Part shown: positions 33,903 through 47,163 of the stretch, piece after piece
Position numbering within the stretch: the stretch's first letter is position 1
Layout: each line of letters begins with the position of its first letter
Origin: Curvularia clavata
Lineage: Eukaryota
Assembly (NCBI GenBank): GCA_023920165.1
Contig: CP089277.1
Span: 1,798,001-1,862,000 of the forward strand
DNA: 64,000 bases
Direction of reading: 5' to 3'
Program-made: the position numbers and the translations under genes
The notes under the pieces: generated by a model
Database searches by the model: none
The model's input: only the letters and a program-made list of their open reading frames with translations
What the model was told of the DNA's origin: nothing

Positions 33903-36900
33903 TTAGGTGCCGCGGAAGAGGAACTGCAAGTCCTCGGGGCTGAGACGATCCATGGCAACTTTGTCGTTGTTGACTGTTCCAGCAATCATGGCAGCCTTCT
34001 TCTCCTGCAGCGCAACCATACGCGACTCCACACTGTCCTCTATGCAGAGACGGGTAATGACACAAGGACGACGTTGGCCAATACGATGACAACGATCTGC
34101 AGACTGCCATTCAGCAGCAGGGTTCCACCATCTACAAATACGTTAGCATACCGGTTGATAGTGAAGAATAACAAAACTTACGGGTCAACAATAAACACCC
34201 TAGAAGCCTCCGTCAAGTTGAGTGCAACACCACCAGCCTTCAAAGATACGAGGAAGACCTCGACGTCGGGATTCGTCATGAAGTGGTCAATGCTCTTTTG
34301 TCGCTGAGCAGGCGTCATGCTGCCATCCAACATGACGGTGTTGAAACCAGCACGACGAAGGCGCCACTCAATGAGTTGCAGCATCGAGGTGAACTGACTG
34401 AAGACAATCGACTTGAGCGTCTGCTTCTTGCTTCTGAGCTTGTACAGATCGTAGACCAGCATTTCAATCTTTGTGGAAGAAGTCCAGTTCTCCATCTTGA
34501 TGCGGTTGATGATGGATGTTTTCTTGACAGAGTCCTCATCTTGCTCAAGTTCGGGCTGTTCAAAGTCGATGGACAGGGCAATGTGACAGCGGGGGCAGTC
34601 TGCCTCCGTTCCCGAAGCCTCGCAAGTGTCCATAAAGTCCTTGATACAGGCTCGACAGAACTCGTGACGGCAGTGAGAGCGAACAGCATCCTCAGCGGGC
34701 TCGTCGCAGATGTTGCAAACGTAGACGTTTCCAGCGCCTTCAGCAGCTGACTTTTTCAGCAAGAGATCAGGGTGGTTGGCTACCTGACGCATCTGCATAA
34801 TCAGACCGAAGATGTTGGCGTAGTTATTGAGCATGACGCCCTGGGCAACATACGTGTCGAACTTGCGGGAGGAGTTTGACATGATTGATGTCGAAAAGTC
34901 GCGCTCCACTTCACTGAAGAATTCGTTGTGGATGATGATATCCTTCATCGGTAACTCCATAGAGTTGGTATGGTCACGCTTCATGCGTCGCAACATGATG
35001 CGGGCAGTGATGAGGTGAAGCTTGGCCAAGGCTTCCTCGCGAAGCTCAGGGTCATCACCAGTGATGGGATTCAGCAATTCCTGATTGAACACAGAAATGT
35101 GCTCAGACGCTCCGTGGGCGCAAGCGACACACATATGGTCGTCGTCCGTAGCCCAGTGCAGTTTCTCGCAGTCACAGGAACGACAGAAGTAATCTGCAAA
35201 AGGACGAACCTCTAAGAAGCGGAGAAGTGAGAAGAACTCTCCAATACGGTTTTGGACTGGGGTGCCAGACAAGCACCACTTGTAATCACTCCTCAACGCG
35301 AAGCAAGCCTTGGCCACACCCGTGTTGCGTGACTTGATACTATGCGCTTCGTCCAGGATGAGGCGGTGGTAGTAAATAGCGTGGAGTGGCGAAGCTTCCT
35401 TGATGATGTCCTCTCCTCGAGTCCATCCTTTAACTTCCTTGCGATGAAGCGACTCCAAAGAGTTATAGGAGACCATAATGACATCGTAGGACTTCAACTC
35501 CTTGACTGACATCTTCTTGCACTTGGCGTTTGTACCATGGTACACAAGAACCTTGAGCTTGTTGTCCGTATACTCGCGTATCTCATTCGTCCACTGCATA
35601 AGAGCAACTGGGGGGACGCAGACAAGTGTAGGATACTTCGCGGGATAATCCGACATGATCAAAGAGACAGCCTGGATGGTCTTGCCCATGCCCATTTCAT
35701 CTCCAAGAAGGCCACCTTTGTAATGGGTTTGTTCCTGGCGAATCATCCAACTAAGGCCTTCAAGCTGAAACGGCTTCAGTCGCCGAGTGATTGACTGCGG
35801 TTGCTCTGCCTTCTGCGTCTCGAGAACAGGGATCTTCTTCAAGTCATCCCACATAGTGCGTAGCTTTGGATGCTGCTGCTCTGCTCGTTCACGATTCATA
35901 GCACGCTTCCGCTCCCATTTGTCCTCGATATGCGCAAACCTGGCTCGTCGTTCATGTGCTTCTGCCCTTTCATCGTAAGTGAGCTGTTTCTTGTGACCTC
36001 GACCTGCCTTAGCAGCTGCCTTAGCTTGCCTCACTGCAGCTCGCTTCTTGAGACGTGCAGTCGTCGTCATCAATGGCTCTTCATCCATGTCACTTGGTTC
36101 GGTGACCTCGTCAAGCAGGGAGTCAAGGTCGTCATACTCGTCGGGTTGGAACTCTCCACCATCCGACTCTTCATCGTCGATGTCTTCCACTATAAGTTGA
36201 CCCTTTTTCTTCGCACTCGAGTGGGCAGAGCGACCTCGCTTGTTTGACATGTTCTGGGCCTTCCCTTTCCCTTTGCCGACATATGGAGGTGGCGAGCTCA
36301 TTTCATCCGACGATTGATCCTCATCGTCATCACTAACGGCTTCTTCGACTCTAGCTTTGCCTTTGACGGTATATGCAGGCACCTTTCTCCGAGATGCAGA
36401 TGCTACTGGCTCATGCTCAGAGAGCATGTCTTCATTTTCGTCTTTCTCTGTCTTCTGGCGTTTGTTTCGCTGTACATGCATTTCATCCTCAAGCTGCATC
36501 TGCAGGGCAATCTCTTCGTCCATGTCGAGTACCATACTGTCAGCGTCTGAGTCGGACACGACATAATGAGGTCGTTTGGGGGCCGATGAGGGGTTTTGCG
36601 ACGGCGTGGCAGTCTTGTTACGCCCAGGGCGAGCGGACATCTTTCTACGGTCAACAGAGGCAGCTGGTGTAGTTGATATGCTTGTCCCCGGTGTTTCGTA
36701 GTCCGAGTTGTCCAGTGACAGTGAATCGGTTGAGCTCTCCTGCTCTGTTCGACGGGTGCTGGTTCTAGACAGCCGATCGCGACTGGCAGGTGTCTCCCGA
36801 GATTTGGAAGCGGGGATAGAGACTTCTTTAAGAACCCGACGAGGCTTTGCAGATTGCTTAGGTTCGGTGACTTCGATTGTGTCACTTTCATTATCAGAGG

Positions 36901-37122
36901 AATTTGGGACAAACGCGCGAGACAAACGAGTGCGCTTCTGGTTGTGGCGATTATCCGGTATCGGGGAATCTTTCATATCTGCGACAGGGTCAATTATGCA
37001 AGTACAACAGGGAAATTCCAAAGCAGCCTACACATACTGTTTGTTGGTACTGGTGAAAGTGCGGAGGCAGTGTCGTTGGCCACGTTGGCGGCCGAATTGC
37101 GAGTGGATCGTCGCGGCGCCAT
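33903..37122 (-). CDS. RAD16: SNF2 helicase-RING nucleotide excision repair protein
   Basis: [30 protein letters not shown]3HC4 [28 protein letters not shown]. Last exon [25 protein letters not shown] (stop at 33903). First exon MAPRRSTR at 37122. Confidence 0.95.
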
Positions 37123-37742
37123 GGTGAATGCGATTACAGCAAGCAAGGCAGCAGCGACTATGAAGAAAGATTGGAAGGGCCGCCAGACGCAGAGGTTTGA
37201 AGAAGATGAATGATGAACGACAGTTTTCGATGGAGGGATGAAGGGATTAAGGTACAACAAAGAGGGTAGATGAGAGTGAATGGCGATGTCCCGCCCCTGG
37301 CACGCCAGCGCCGATACTCGATCGCGCGTTCACGGGATCTGGGTGGCAAATCCAGGGACAAGGTGGCGACACAGCAGGGAAGGGTGAGTATGCCGATCTT
37401 TTCGTGTAACCGACGAGTGGAAATGTCCTAATCACTACCCGCAGCGGCTGATGTTGCAGGGACTACTTGTGGGTGGGTGGGGGTGGTGCAACGCGTCTTC
37501 GTCATGGGAGCCACGAAAGCACGTGACTGAGTCCTACTTTATCCGAATAAGGACTAGTGTGATACTCTCTGGCTCACACATAGCTCACGCCTCACAATAG
37601 CTACCATATAGCCTCTCTCTTTGTTTTATCTAGTGCCGCCATTTCTAGAAGCATGATAATACCAATCAAGGACAAATAGCAGTTAGAAAACAAAACAAAC
37701 ATGTATGTACATTGATATTTACATGCAAGAAAAGTCAGTGGA

Positions 37743-40700
37743 TTACTGAGAGCCAACGGACTGGAATAACTTGATGACAGCCTCATGCTTTTTCTCAATA
37801 GCATATGATAGTGGCGTTCGACCGTAAATGTCCTTCAAGTTGACACTAGCCCGGCTAGTCTCAAGCAATAGGCTAACAACACCCTCGTACTCACTCTGAG
37901 CAGCATATGATAGCGGCGATAGACCACTCTTGTCCGTCAAGTCGACATCGATTCTTTCGTCTTCAAGCAGCCGCCTAATCACTCCTTCTTCTCTTCCCTC
38001 AGCAGCATATGATAGTGGCGTCCGGCCACCATAATCTTTCAAGTTGACATCGGCCTGGCCTGTATTAAGTAGTAGATTGACCATACCCTCATGCCCACTC
38101 TCAGCGGCATGTGATAATGGCGATCGGCCATCATTGTCCATCGAGTCTACTGTGATCTGTTTATCCCCGAGTAGTAACTTGGCGATAGCCTCATACCCAT
38201 TATCGGCTGCATATGACAGCGGTGTCCGACCCATAACATCTTTCAAGTTAACGTTAGCCTGGCCTGTTTCAAGCATTAACTTTACCACAGCCTCATATCC
38301 TTTCATAACGGCAAACGACAGCGGTGTCCGACTGTGCTTATCCATGGAGTTAACATCAGCGTTACGCTGGAGCAGCACCTTGACAACACCTACGTGCCCA
38401 TACCAAGCAGCTTCACACAACGGCGTCCGACCGCGATTGTCCTTGATCTCAAATTCAGCCTTATTATCAAGCAACAACTTCACAACAGCTGCATGTCCAA
38501 GCTCGGCAGCACAAAATAGCGGCGTCCAACTGCGAGAATCCTTCATTTCAAAACCCGCCTTGTTCTGAAGCAGCAGTTTAACCATATCCTCGTGTCCATG
38601 CACAGCGGCAGACCACAATGGCGCCTTGCCGTACCAGTAGTCCTTGGATTTGATACTGTCCTTGATTCGAAGTAGTAGCTTGACAACAGCTTGGTGCCCG
38701 TCCTGAGCCGCATAACACATCGCAAGTTGAACATCTGTATCATCGGTCCGACCACGTTTGGTCTTCAATGATTGTTTGACCTGTAATAGTCGTCGAAGAG
38801 GGCTCATTAGCGAACTTGAATTGTTCTTGGAATCGATGTTGATCGAGTATTCCTCAAGTAGAACCAGCTTCACAGTCTGTTCGAGTCCCATAGCTGAAGC
38901 AAGACAGAGAGGTGATTCAGGTAATAGATGACCTCCATGTTGATTGTAGATCGTTGTCCACTGTGAGCATTGTTTGGATGGCATACAAAGGTCTTTTGCC
39001 ATTTTTGCCATCTCGAGTTGGCAATTATCTGGTGATTGACGGTAATGAACTGCCCAGTAGGTGGGTGCGTATTCGAGGAACAGGGGATTTTTGAATGAAA
39101 ACTCTGACGCCAGGTAGAGCATACATATCCCTGCTAATACCGTATTAGTGTTTGCTATGGTTATAGATTGGCGCCATATGTAGCTCTCAGTGCTGTCATT
39201 CCGATTGAACTCATCGAAGTTGTGTCGAAGTTCTCGAGGCGGACCTCTAGTATCATCGTGTATCAAGAACTCTTTGGCCGTTTGGTGAAGTAAGTAGACT
39301 TTGTCGTCAACAACTATGGCAAACAAACCGCAGAGACCTCGAACATATGTTCCGATTCTGCTGCGTGGGATGATTCTTTCCGACACCGAGTCGACAGATT
39401 GCTCGTTCTTGAACGCCAGAGCTATCGACATCTCTTCCAGTGACAGTGGTCGTTTTGCCCCTATGATTATGTGCAACAGTCTTCTTGCATCTTGGCGATC
39501 TGGGCTCTTATTCAAGATCTGTTCATAAACGTCGTAGACCGATTGTGGTGGCTTCCTGAGAAGGTCCATTATATCGCTTTTGCTGATACCGGACTTTTTC
39601 TTCATCAAGCCATCAAAAATGAGGGTAATCCATAGGTATGTCCTGTTTGGAATAGATGCAAGCTGTGTTCTCATCAGGACCTCCTCGTCAGGTTCTAGAC
39701 AGAAGAACTTTGCGGTCTCGTTGATCCGACTGTCGAGAACAAGCTGAATTTCCTCTGTGATTGCATCTGCCGTAGGTCCCTGATCACCCTGCAGATGGAT
39801 TGAGGTCATTGATGTCAACTGTATGGAAATCTGAGCGCGTATGTGCTCATACGGTCGACTGGTCAAAAGAAACCTTGGACCGCCATGTTGAGTCGTTTTG
39901 CTCAGACTGATGCTGCAGATAGCATCAACCAGCAGCTTCCTGTCTCCATCTCGACATTCATCTAGTGCATCAAGCACACAGACAGTCTCTTGATTGGCCG
40001 TAGCCAAGAGGAATATATGCCATAAATTCTCAAAAGATTCAAAGAATCCCTTGCCCCTATTGACATACCCAGTTAGGACCTGGTCAGTCAAAAGATGTGG
40101 ATGGTGATCGAAAAGCTGATGTAAAACGGAACAGATAGCGCTTAGGGAGCTCTTTTGTTGCTCAAAGTCATCTTTGAAAAAGAAGTAGCATACAGTCCTT
40201 CCAGTCTGGGGTAATACTTCGTCGATCAGATATCTAGAGAGAACGGACTTGCCACATCCTGGATCCGCTGTCACGTAGAGAAGGCCAGGTATCTGGTTGT
40301 CTGACACTGAATTCCATTGGTTGAATAGAGAGTGATTTGTGAACCATTCGCATGTGCCTGGCACGCGCTGACGGTTCCTGGTTTTGCTCTCCTCGTAGAT
40401 GCAGGTGTTTTCATAAAGTAATGGCAAGAATTCGTCTATTTCAATCAGTACTGGTTTGCTATATACGAAGACGTGAGCAAGAATAAACACTAACGAGATG
40501 CTATTGCGAATGCAACCTTACGCGTCTGGGCTACTTCGGCTGGTGGCATTACCGACAGCACTTCTTTTGCGCACGCAGCTGCCGTTCCTGCAGCATATGG
40601 CTGCCACCGTTTATTCTTGTGCGAGTCAGAGTAGTCGCAGATACCGCGTATCACCAGGCAGGGGAAGCTATTCATCAGGCCCGCTGCCTCCATCTCAAAG

Positions 40701-41432
40701 CATAGCACACCGCCTAGGTCTGCGCTAATTTTGTCTCGTTCGGTTGCGCTCCTCATCACCTGATTCCCCGATGCTATTGTGCCGTAGTGCACCATGACTT
40801 GTTGTTTCCGCGGCTCCCGAGCTACTACATAGCTATCGCTGCACTGGCTACATGTCGTATGTCGCGTTAAAGAGAGTGTCTGGCCCAGCAGCTTCCCGTG
40901 TAAAGTCTGGTAAGCTATCAAATTTGGAGAGATACTCAGATAGTCTGCCCTTCCCTCGCATTTGTTTCGCTCGCAAGTTTGCGACGGCGTTGAGCAAAAC
41001 AGTTGGTGGTGTGTTAAGAAATCCTGTGCGTTCAAACCCGCCCGGCGTGGTCTTCCCAAAATCATATTGTACCACTCCACCATGTACTCTGTGCGGCTTG
41101 CTGATCACCACGTCCCCAAGACGAATGTCTACTTCCTCACTGGGGACGCCACCTCCTATACCCACCATCAACCCAAAGCGCGTGGATGGGAAAGCTGATT
41201 TCATTTGAACAGCGACGGCTGCAGCCGAGTTAGTGCCTGTCTGGCCTTCGGGTAGACAGGCGATTACGACGTTGTGTTCGCCGACTCGTCCGCACGTGTA
41301 GATGTTTGTGTCATCAACCTCGGACTGGGGTGTTTCGTGTTCTTCGTCAAGCATCTCCTGGGCTGCAGCCAGCTCTACTGGCAGGGCGCATACCCATCCC
41401 ACTGTATACTCGTCACGGCGCAGCCGCCGCAT
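37743..41432 (-). pseudogene. Fungal NLR: PNP_UDP_1 effector - NACHT - ankyrin repeats, frameshifted within the PNP domain
   Basis: YTVGWVCALPVE, GLMVGIGGG, DIRLGDVV, then a frame change near 40855, [34 protein letters not shown]. After an intron: GTCEW, ADPGCGKS, LDALDEC, TSRPY, HQTAKEFL and about 10 ankyrin repeats. Confidence 0.85.
37760..38640 (-). repeat. Ankyrin-coding tandem array (102-bp and 99-bp units)
   Basis: Homologous anchor (GCATATGATAG-like in the 102-bp units) at 37801, 37903, 38005, 38107, 38209 and 38311, then 38410 and 38509. Confidence 0.85.
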
Positions 41433-42854
41433 CTTTTAGGCCGGTTACAAGAGAATCAAAAAGTTAGGAGTTGTCGTTGATGTCTCATGGCGAGAAAGGC
41501 TGGCGGCAACAGCTGCTGCTAACTGTTATTGGCATGACGATATTAAGGCAATCCATCAGCGCCCCACTGCCTCGCCTGGCGCAGCAACGGGCCATGTTTT
41601 CAATAAAACATAGCCACAATATTACTTCAAGTAAACCTCACATATCCTTGTTGGATACTGATAACGTATCGGCTAGCCGAATCGTAATCGCCGCTTGCTG
41701 AGCCGTATTCTCTGTATGTGTCTCTTTCAGGGGCAATCGTAGAGCTACATGATCCGTCTGTATAGTCCTTACGAGGCAGGATTGGGAGCATTCTGGAGGT
41801 AGATATGACCAAGGCTGAGGACAATCGTGTCGATGCTGGCTGCCCAAGACGCTTGCCGCCAGACTGTGTCTTCTGGGACTTTCTGATACTTAGAAACACC
41901 AAGAGCTTTGCAGTGATGGGTTAATAATTTTGAAGATGAGGACAAGGGAGAAGCCTCTAGTCAGATACGGAAACAGGTTCACTTTTTGGTCATGCGGATG
42001 GGAATGTTCGACGGTCTCACTCGAATAAAGACCGACTGATGGAGAAAAGACTTTGTAGGATTGGGTGAATTAAGTTTTCAAGAGCTATCCAGTAATCTCT
42101 ATTAACCATGTAAGATCATACATGACTTCATTGAAACATGCTTTGAAGCCCAATAAGAACTACGAGGGGAAAGCAGTAGGTACGAATTGTTGTAAGCAAT
42201 ATCTGTTTTTTCACCTTGTTTATTAAGTAAACCTTGCAAGACTGAGATTATGTATCTAGGTTGGTTTCACAAGTCTGTTTTGGGGGGATGTGAGTACCAG
42301 AGGGATGACGTATTTCTCAGAGGAGCTGCAGAGGGGCAGGCGAATTGTCCCTCGCAGTCCAGGCGCATGCAAAGATGTTTCTTGGGACTCATGGCAACTC
42401 AACATCGCAAGTCTCACCAACGGGCCGATTTTGACGCCTCCCGTTCAACATGGCTGCGCTTGAGCTGGCACATGCAGTGATGCTAGCGCCTTAGTTGCCT
42501 TATGATGTGTAGTGGGGGAGCGCTCATTGGCCGTGCGCACTTTGCCACAGGTAAGAAAATTGATTCTTCAACGTTGATTATTTGAGCCACCGCTTTCAAT
42601 TTCAACCTCTATTCTTTCCACATCACCTACACCTTTCTTTCCTTCTAAACAGTCTTTTGCGCCTTTCCCAGTCAACTCGTTCCTTGCAGAGAGGCGTTGT
42701 GTGCTGACCGGAAACCCAAAACGCAGGCTTGGGCATTATCGATAAGAGGCTTAGCGGGGCACAAGATTGGCCCTGTTCCCAACCCTACGAAATTTCCTTC
42801 CCTTTCTCTTCCACCACCCCAGAGTCTTCCCCCCTTGACGCCACATAAGACACC

Positions 42855-44821
42855 ATGGTCTCTGCGTCCAAAGCCGCCCGTCAGGCAAAGCGCGCCGCCG
42901 AGGGCGATGCGAAGCCCAAGAAGTCGGCCACCTCCAAGTTGTCGTCCAAGGCCAACTCCAAGAATGCCTCCAAGGCCAACTCTGAGAACGGCGACACCCC
43001 GGAGGACCTCGAGCTGAACGAGGAGGTTCAGAAGCTCACCCTCCAACAGGACAAGCATGGTTTGTCCGACCGTGTCACCACTGGTGTGCTCGCCTCGCTC
43101 GAGCAGTCCCGCGATGTCAAGATTATCTCTGCCTCGCTTGTGTTCCACGGTAAAGTCCTTTTCAATGACTCCGTCCTCGAGATCAACTACGGTCGCCGAT
43201 ACGGTCTGCTGGGTGAGAACGGCTGCGGAAAGACGACACTACTCAAGGCCATCGATAGCCGCGAGTTCCCCTTCCCAGAGCACATCGACATCTACCTGCT
43301 GAACCAGGGTGCCCCCAAGACTGAGCTGGGCGCCTTGGATTGGGTTGTCCGTGAGGCCGAGAATGAGTTGGCTCGTCTTGAGAAGATGGCCGAGGACATT
43401 CTCGAGAAGGACGGTCCCGAGAGCCCTCTCCTTGAGGACATCTACGAGGTACGTTGTAGTCGGATCGCCATGTTTTAGCATTAACTAACTTGTCAACAGC
43501 GTCAAGAAGACATGGACCCATCCACCTTCCATACCCGCGCTTCCCTGATCCTCACTGGTCTTGGTTTCAACAAGACCACCATCAACAAGAAGACCAAGGA
43601 CATGTCCGGTGGTTGGCGTATGCGTGTCGCGCTTGCCAAGGCTCTTTTCGTCAAGCCTGCTCTGCTCTTGCTCGATGACCCCACTGCCCATTTGGATCTT
43701 GAGGCCTGTGTGTGGCTCGAAGAGTACATGAAGAAGTGGGAGCGCACTCTGGTACTTGTTTCTCACTCCATGGATTTCTTGAATGGTGTCTGCACAAACA
43801 TGATTGATATGCGTCAAAAGAAGCTCCTCTACTACGGAGGTAACTACGATGCCTACCACAAGACTCGTTCGGAGCAGGAGGTCAACCAGACCAAGGCCTA
43901 CGAGAAGCAGCAGGATGAAATTAAGCACATTAAGAAGTTCATCGCTTCGGCCGGTACTTATGCCAACTTGGTCAGGCAGGCCAAGTCTCGCCAGAAGATT
44001 TTGGACAAGATGGAGGCTGACGGTCTCATCGAGCCCGTCGCCGTTGACAAGGTCTTCACTTTCCGTTTCGCAGACGTTGAGAAGCTGCCACCACCTGTGC
44101 TTTCGCTTGACAATGTCACCTTCTCCTACTCTGGAGACCCCAAGGACAACCTGTACGAGAACCTGGACTTTGGTGTCGACATGGACTCGCGAACGGCTCT
44201 TGTCGGACCCAACGGTGTCGGAAAGTCAACACTGCTTAACATTTTCACCGGCAAGCTCAGTCCCACATCCGGTGTTGTATCGCGCCACACTCACTTGAAG
44301 CTCGGTGTGTACAGCCAGCACTCTGCTGAACAGCTCGATCTCACCAAGTCTGCGCTTGACTTTGTTCGCGATAAGTTCCACCACATCAGCCAGGATGTCC
44401 AGTACTGGCGTCAGCAACTTGGACGTTATGGTATGACTGGTGAGGCACAGACATCCAAGATGGCCACTCTTTCCGATGGTCAGAAGTCTCGTATTGTCTT
44501 CGCTCTGCTGGCTATCGAGGGTCCCAACATGTTGCTCCTTGACGAGCCTACCAACGGTCTCGATATCCCTACCATTGACAGTTTGGCTGATGCCATTAAC
44601 GCCTTCAGCGGTGGTGTTGTTGTCGTCTCTCACGACTTCAGGTATGTTTCTTCCCCATATAGGAAAAACGCACAGCACGCTAACTTTGGACCAGATTGCT
44701 CGACAAGATTGCCAAGGACATCATGGTCTGCGAACACAAGACTGTGCGTCGGTGGGATGGTACCATCGGCGAGTACAAGGACCACCTTCGTAAGAAGATG
44801 GCTTCCACCGGTGCTCTCTAA
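42855..44821 (+). CDS. ARB1: ABC-F family ATPase (ABCF2)
   Basis: [47 protein letters not shown]; no TM segments; two introns. Confidence 0.95.
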
Positions 44822-45457
44822 GTGTATATTTGGAAGTGGATTTAGAAAATGCATGCGTCCTTTGAGCAGCGGGACGCGGGTACACAGCTAAAAGTAATGG
44901 CCTAAGAGCAGGTTTCAGGATACCTCTGCAGTAGGCTGGCAGCTCATCGCTCCCTGCGTCAGTGTCTTTCGTATGGAGGGAGACATCTGGATTATGCGTC
45001 ATGATGCATTGGGCCTTAGAGGAGTTTTAGAGTTTTCTTGCAATGAGAATCACATCGCATTAGAAGCATGACTTGATATTTCGATTTGCCGTAGCAGACA
45101 TCTTCACAGTTATAGAATAAAGATTGTTAAGCATATTGGCCCAGCGTGAAACTTGACCTTATATACAAGTACATCAAGTAACTTTGAGAGCAGCCAAACT
45201 ATAGCGATCGGCCCAGGCCATGGGCATGTGCGTGGGCCCGCACGTGCCATGGGCGATGAGCTGTGACGAGCATTCCCCGCAAGTTAACCTCCGCGGTGGA
45301 GCTTGAACAGCGACATCTACCCTCATGTTCGACTGTCCCCAGGTTCCACTCGCTCTCAGTTCGAATTTGAGTTCTTTCGCCAGAAACTAGAACATCCCGA
45401 ACGTCTACGACGGTCTCACGAAGCGCATTGTTTATCCGAACCTACCATCTGCCCGCC

Positions 45458-46916
45458 ATGGCAGAGCTCACGAGCACGAAGCTCAACGCCGAGTCCCATC
45501 TCCTGCTCGTACGACCCGTGTGCCTCGCCTACAAGAATGACCAGCCCTGTTAACTACCAGCTATCCAGGACCAACCACTCCTCCGCATGCCCTATGAGCT
45601 CTCCCGGCGCAACTTCAAAAACGCCCAGCGCGTCATCGAACACCACGCCAGCACCCTCCCAACCGCTCTCAGCGCGACCACCAAAGCCGCCTCCAAAGGC
45701 GCCTCACCCGAAACAACGCTCTCCTCGCTCGACTCGCTCCTCAGCAAAATGCAAGGTCTAAAACGCAAACTTGAGGGGCTCCACGAAGAAGAAACAAGAC
45801 TCCATCGCGCGGCTAAAGCACGCCTCCAGCACCTCCAAGATCTATACCAAGTCCAGAGCCTCGTCGATGTCAAGTACGACGAATGGTCGCGCACACGGCT
45901 CAGCAGGTTACTCGTGGATTACCTACTGCGAGAGGGGTATGCGGAGAGCGCGGCGTGTCTGGCGCAGAATAAAGGGATCGAGGATCTAGTTGATGTGGAG
46001 GCCTTCGTGGCATGTCATAAGATTGAGCGGAGTCTAAGAGACGGTATGAGTACGGCGCTGGCGCTAGAATGGTGCAGGGAACATGGGAAGGAGTTGAAGA
46101 AGGGGGGCAGCATGCTCGAGTTTGAACTCAGGCTGCAGCAGTATATTGAGTTGGTGAGGCAGGGGCATGAGGCAGGGTTGAGTGGGATGGATGGGTTGGA
46201 GACGGAGGAGGGGGGCATGCATGGGGTTAGTATTGACGGTGCGGGAGGGGGTAGCGGTGGTGGTGGTGGAGGAGGAGAGGCCAAGTTAGTGGAGGCCAGG
46301 GCGCATGCGAAGAAGTATCTCAGTGCGAGTGGTGACTTTAAGTTGATGAGGCAGGCAGCGGGTATGTTGGCATATCGACCATGGGACGAGGTGGAACCAT
46401 ATGCTGTAAGTCTTCTTCATCACCTCAAAAGAGAAACGCCTTTGCACCGAGACAATATTAACATTCGGATACCCCTAGTCGCTCTACTCGCCCTCGCGCT
46501 GGTCCTATCTTGCCGATCTCTTCGTCTCTACACATCACAACCTGTACTCGCTTCCGCCTCGACCTCTCCTCCACATTGCCCTCAGCGCCGGCCTCTCCGC
46601 TCTCAAAACACCCGCCTGCCACTCTGAATACATTCCCTCCTCGACAAACGCTTCATCCTCTGCCACAACCGTCTGTCCCATCTGCAGCGCCGAGCTCAAG
46701 GAACTTGCTCGCAATGTACCGTATGCCCTGCACACCAAGAGTATCGTCGAAGACGCGCCTGTCGTCCTTCCCAACGGCCGAATCTATGGTTCAGAGAAGC
46801 TCCGCATCTTCAACGAGAAAGTCGGCACGGAGCCGGGATGGGTACGGGATCCCGTCGGTGGTCTGACAGGCGAGAAGTGGAAGGAGAGCGAGGTGCGCAA
46901 GGTGTATATTATGTGA
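45458..46916 (+). CDS. FYV10: GID/CTLH complex subunit (Gid9/MAEA)
   Basis: MAELTSTKLNAESHLLL|DQPLLRMPYEL, LisH (RLLVDYLLREGY), CTLH (LEFELRLQQYIEL), LSAGLSALKTPAC, CPICS..VPYALHTKS..LPNGRIYG. Confidence 0.92.
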
Positions 46917-47163
46917 ATCCCACGTTCTACCCGGGGAGGTGTTTGCTTTTCTTCCCTCCTTTTTCTCTCCTCTCTCTTTTTCCTGGATGAGACTTTCCCT
47001 ATAGGATGTATGCGCATAGCATGGCGTTGGGATTTATCGTGGAAAGTTGCCCGGCGTGGCTTTAGTCTTGCGTGTAGTATAGTTTTTTTAGTCTTGACGA
47101 CGACCTGTAAGGGGAGTTATGATTATCCAAACGGGTACTTTGTATCAACTGAGACTGTCTGCC

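Noticed and set aside
45218..45252. Imperfect GC-rich hairpin (CCATGGGCATGTGCG..CGCACGTGCCATGG) upstream of FYV10
   Set aside because: Short, imperfect and single-copy, with no ncRNA or MITE hallmarks.
46180..46280. Gly-rich GGT/GGA tract in FYV10
   Set aside because: In-frame low-complexity insertion, ordinary for fungal proteins.
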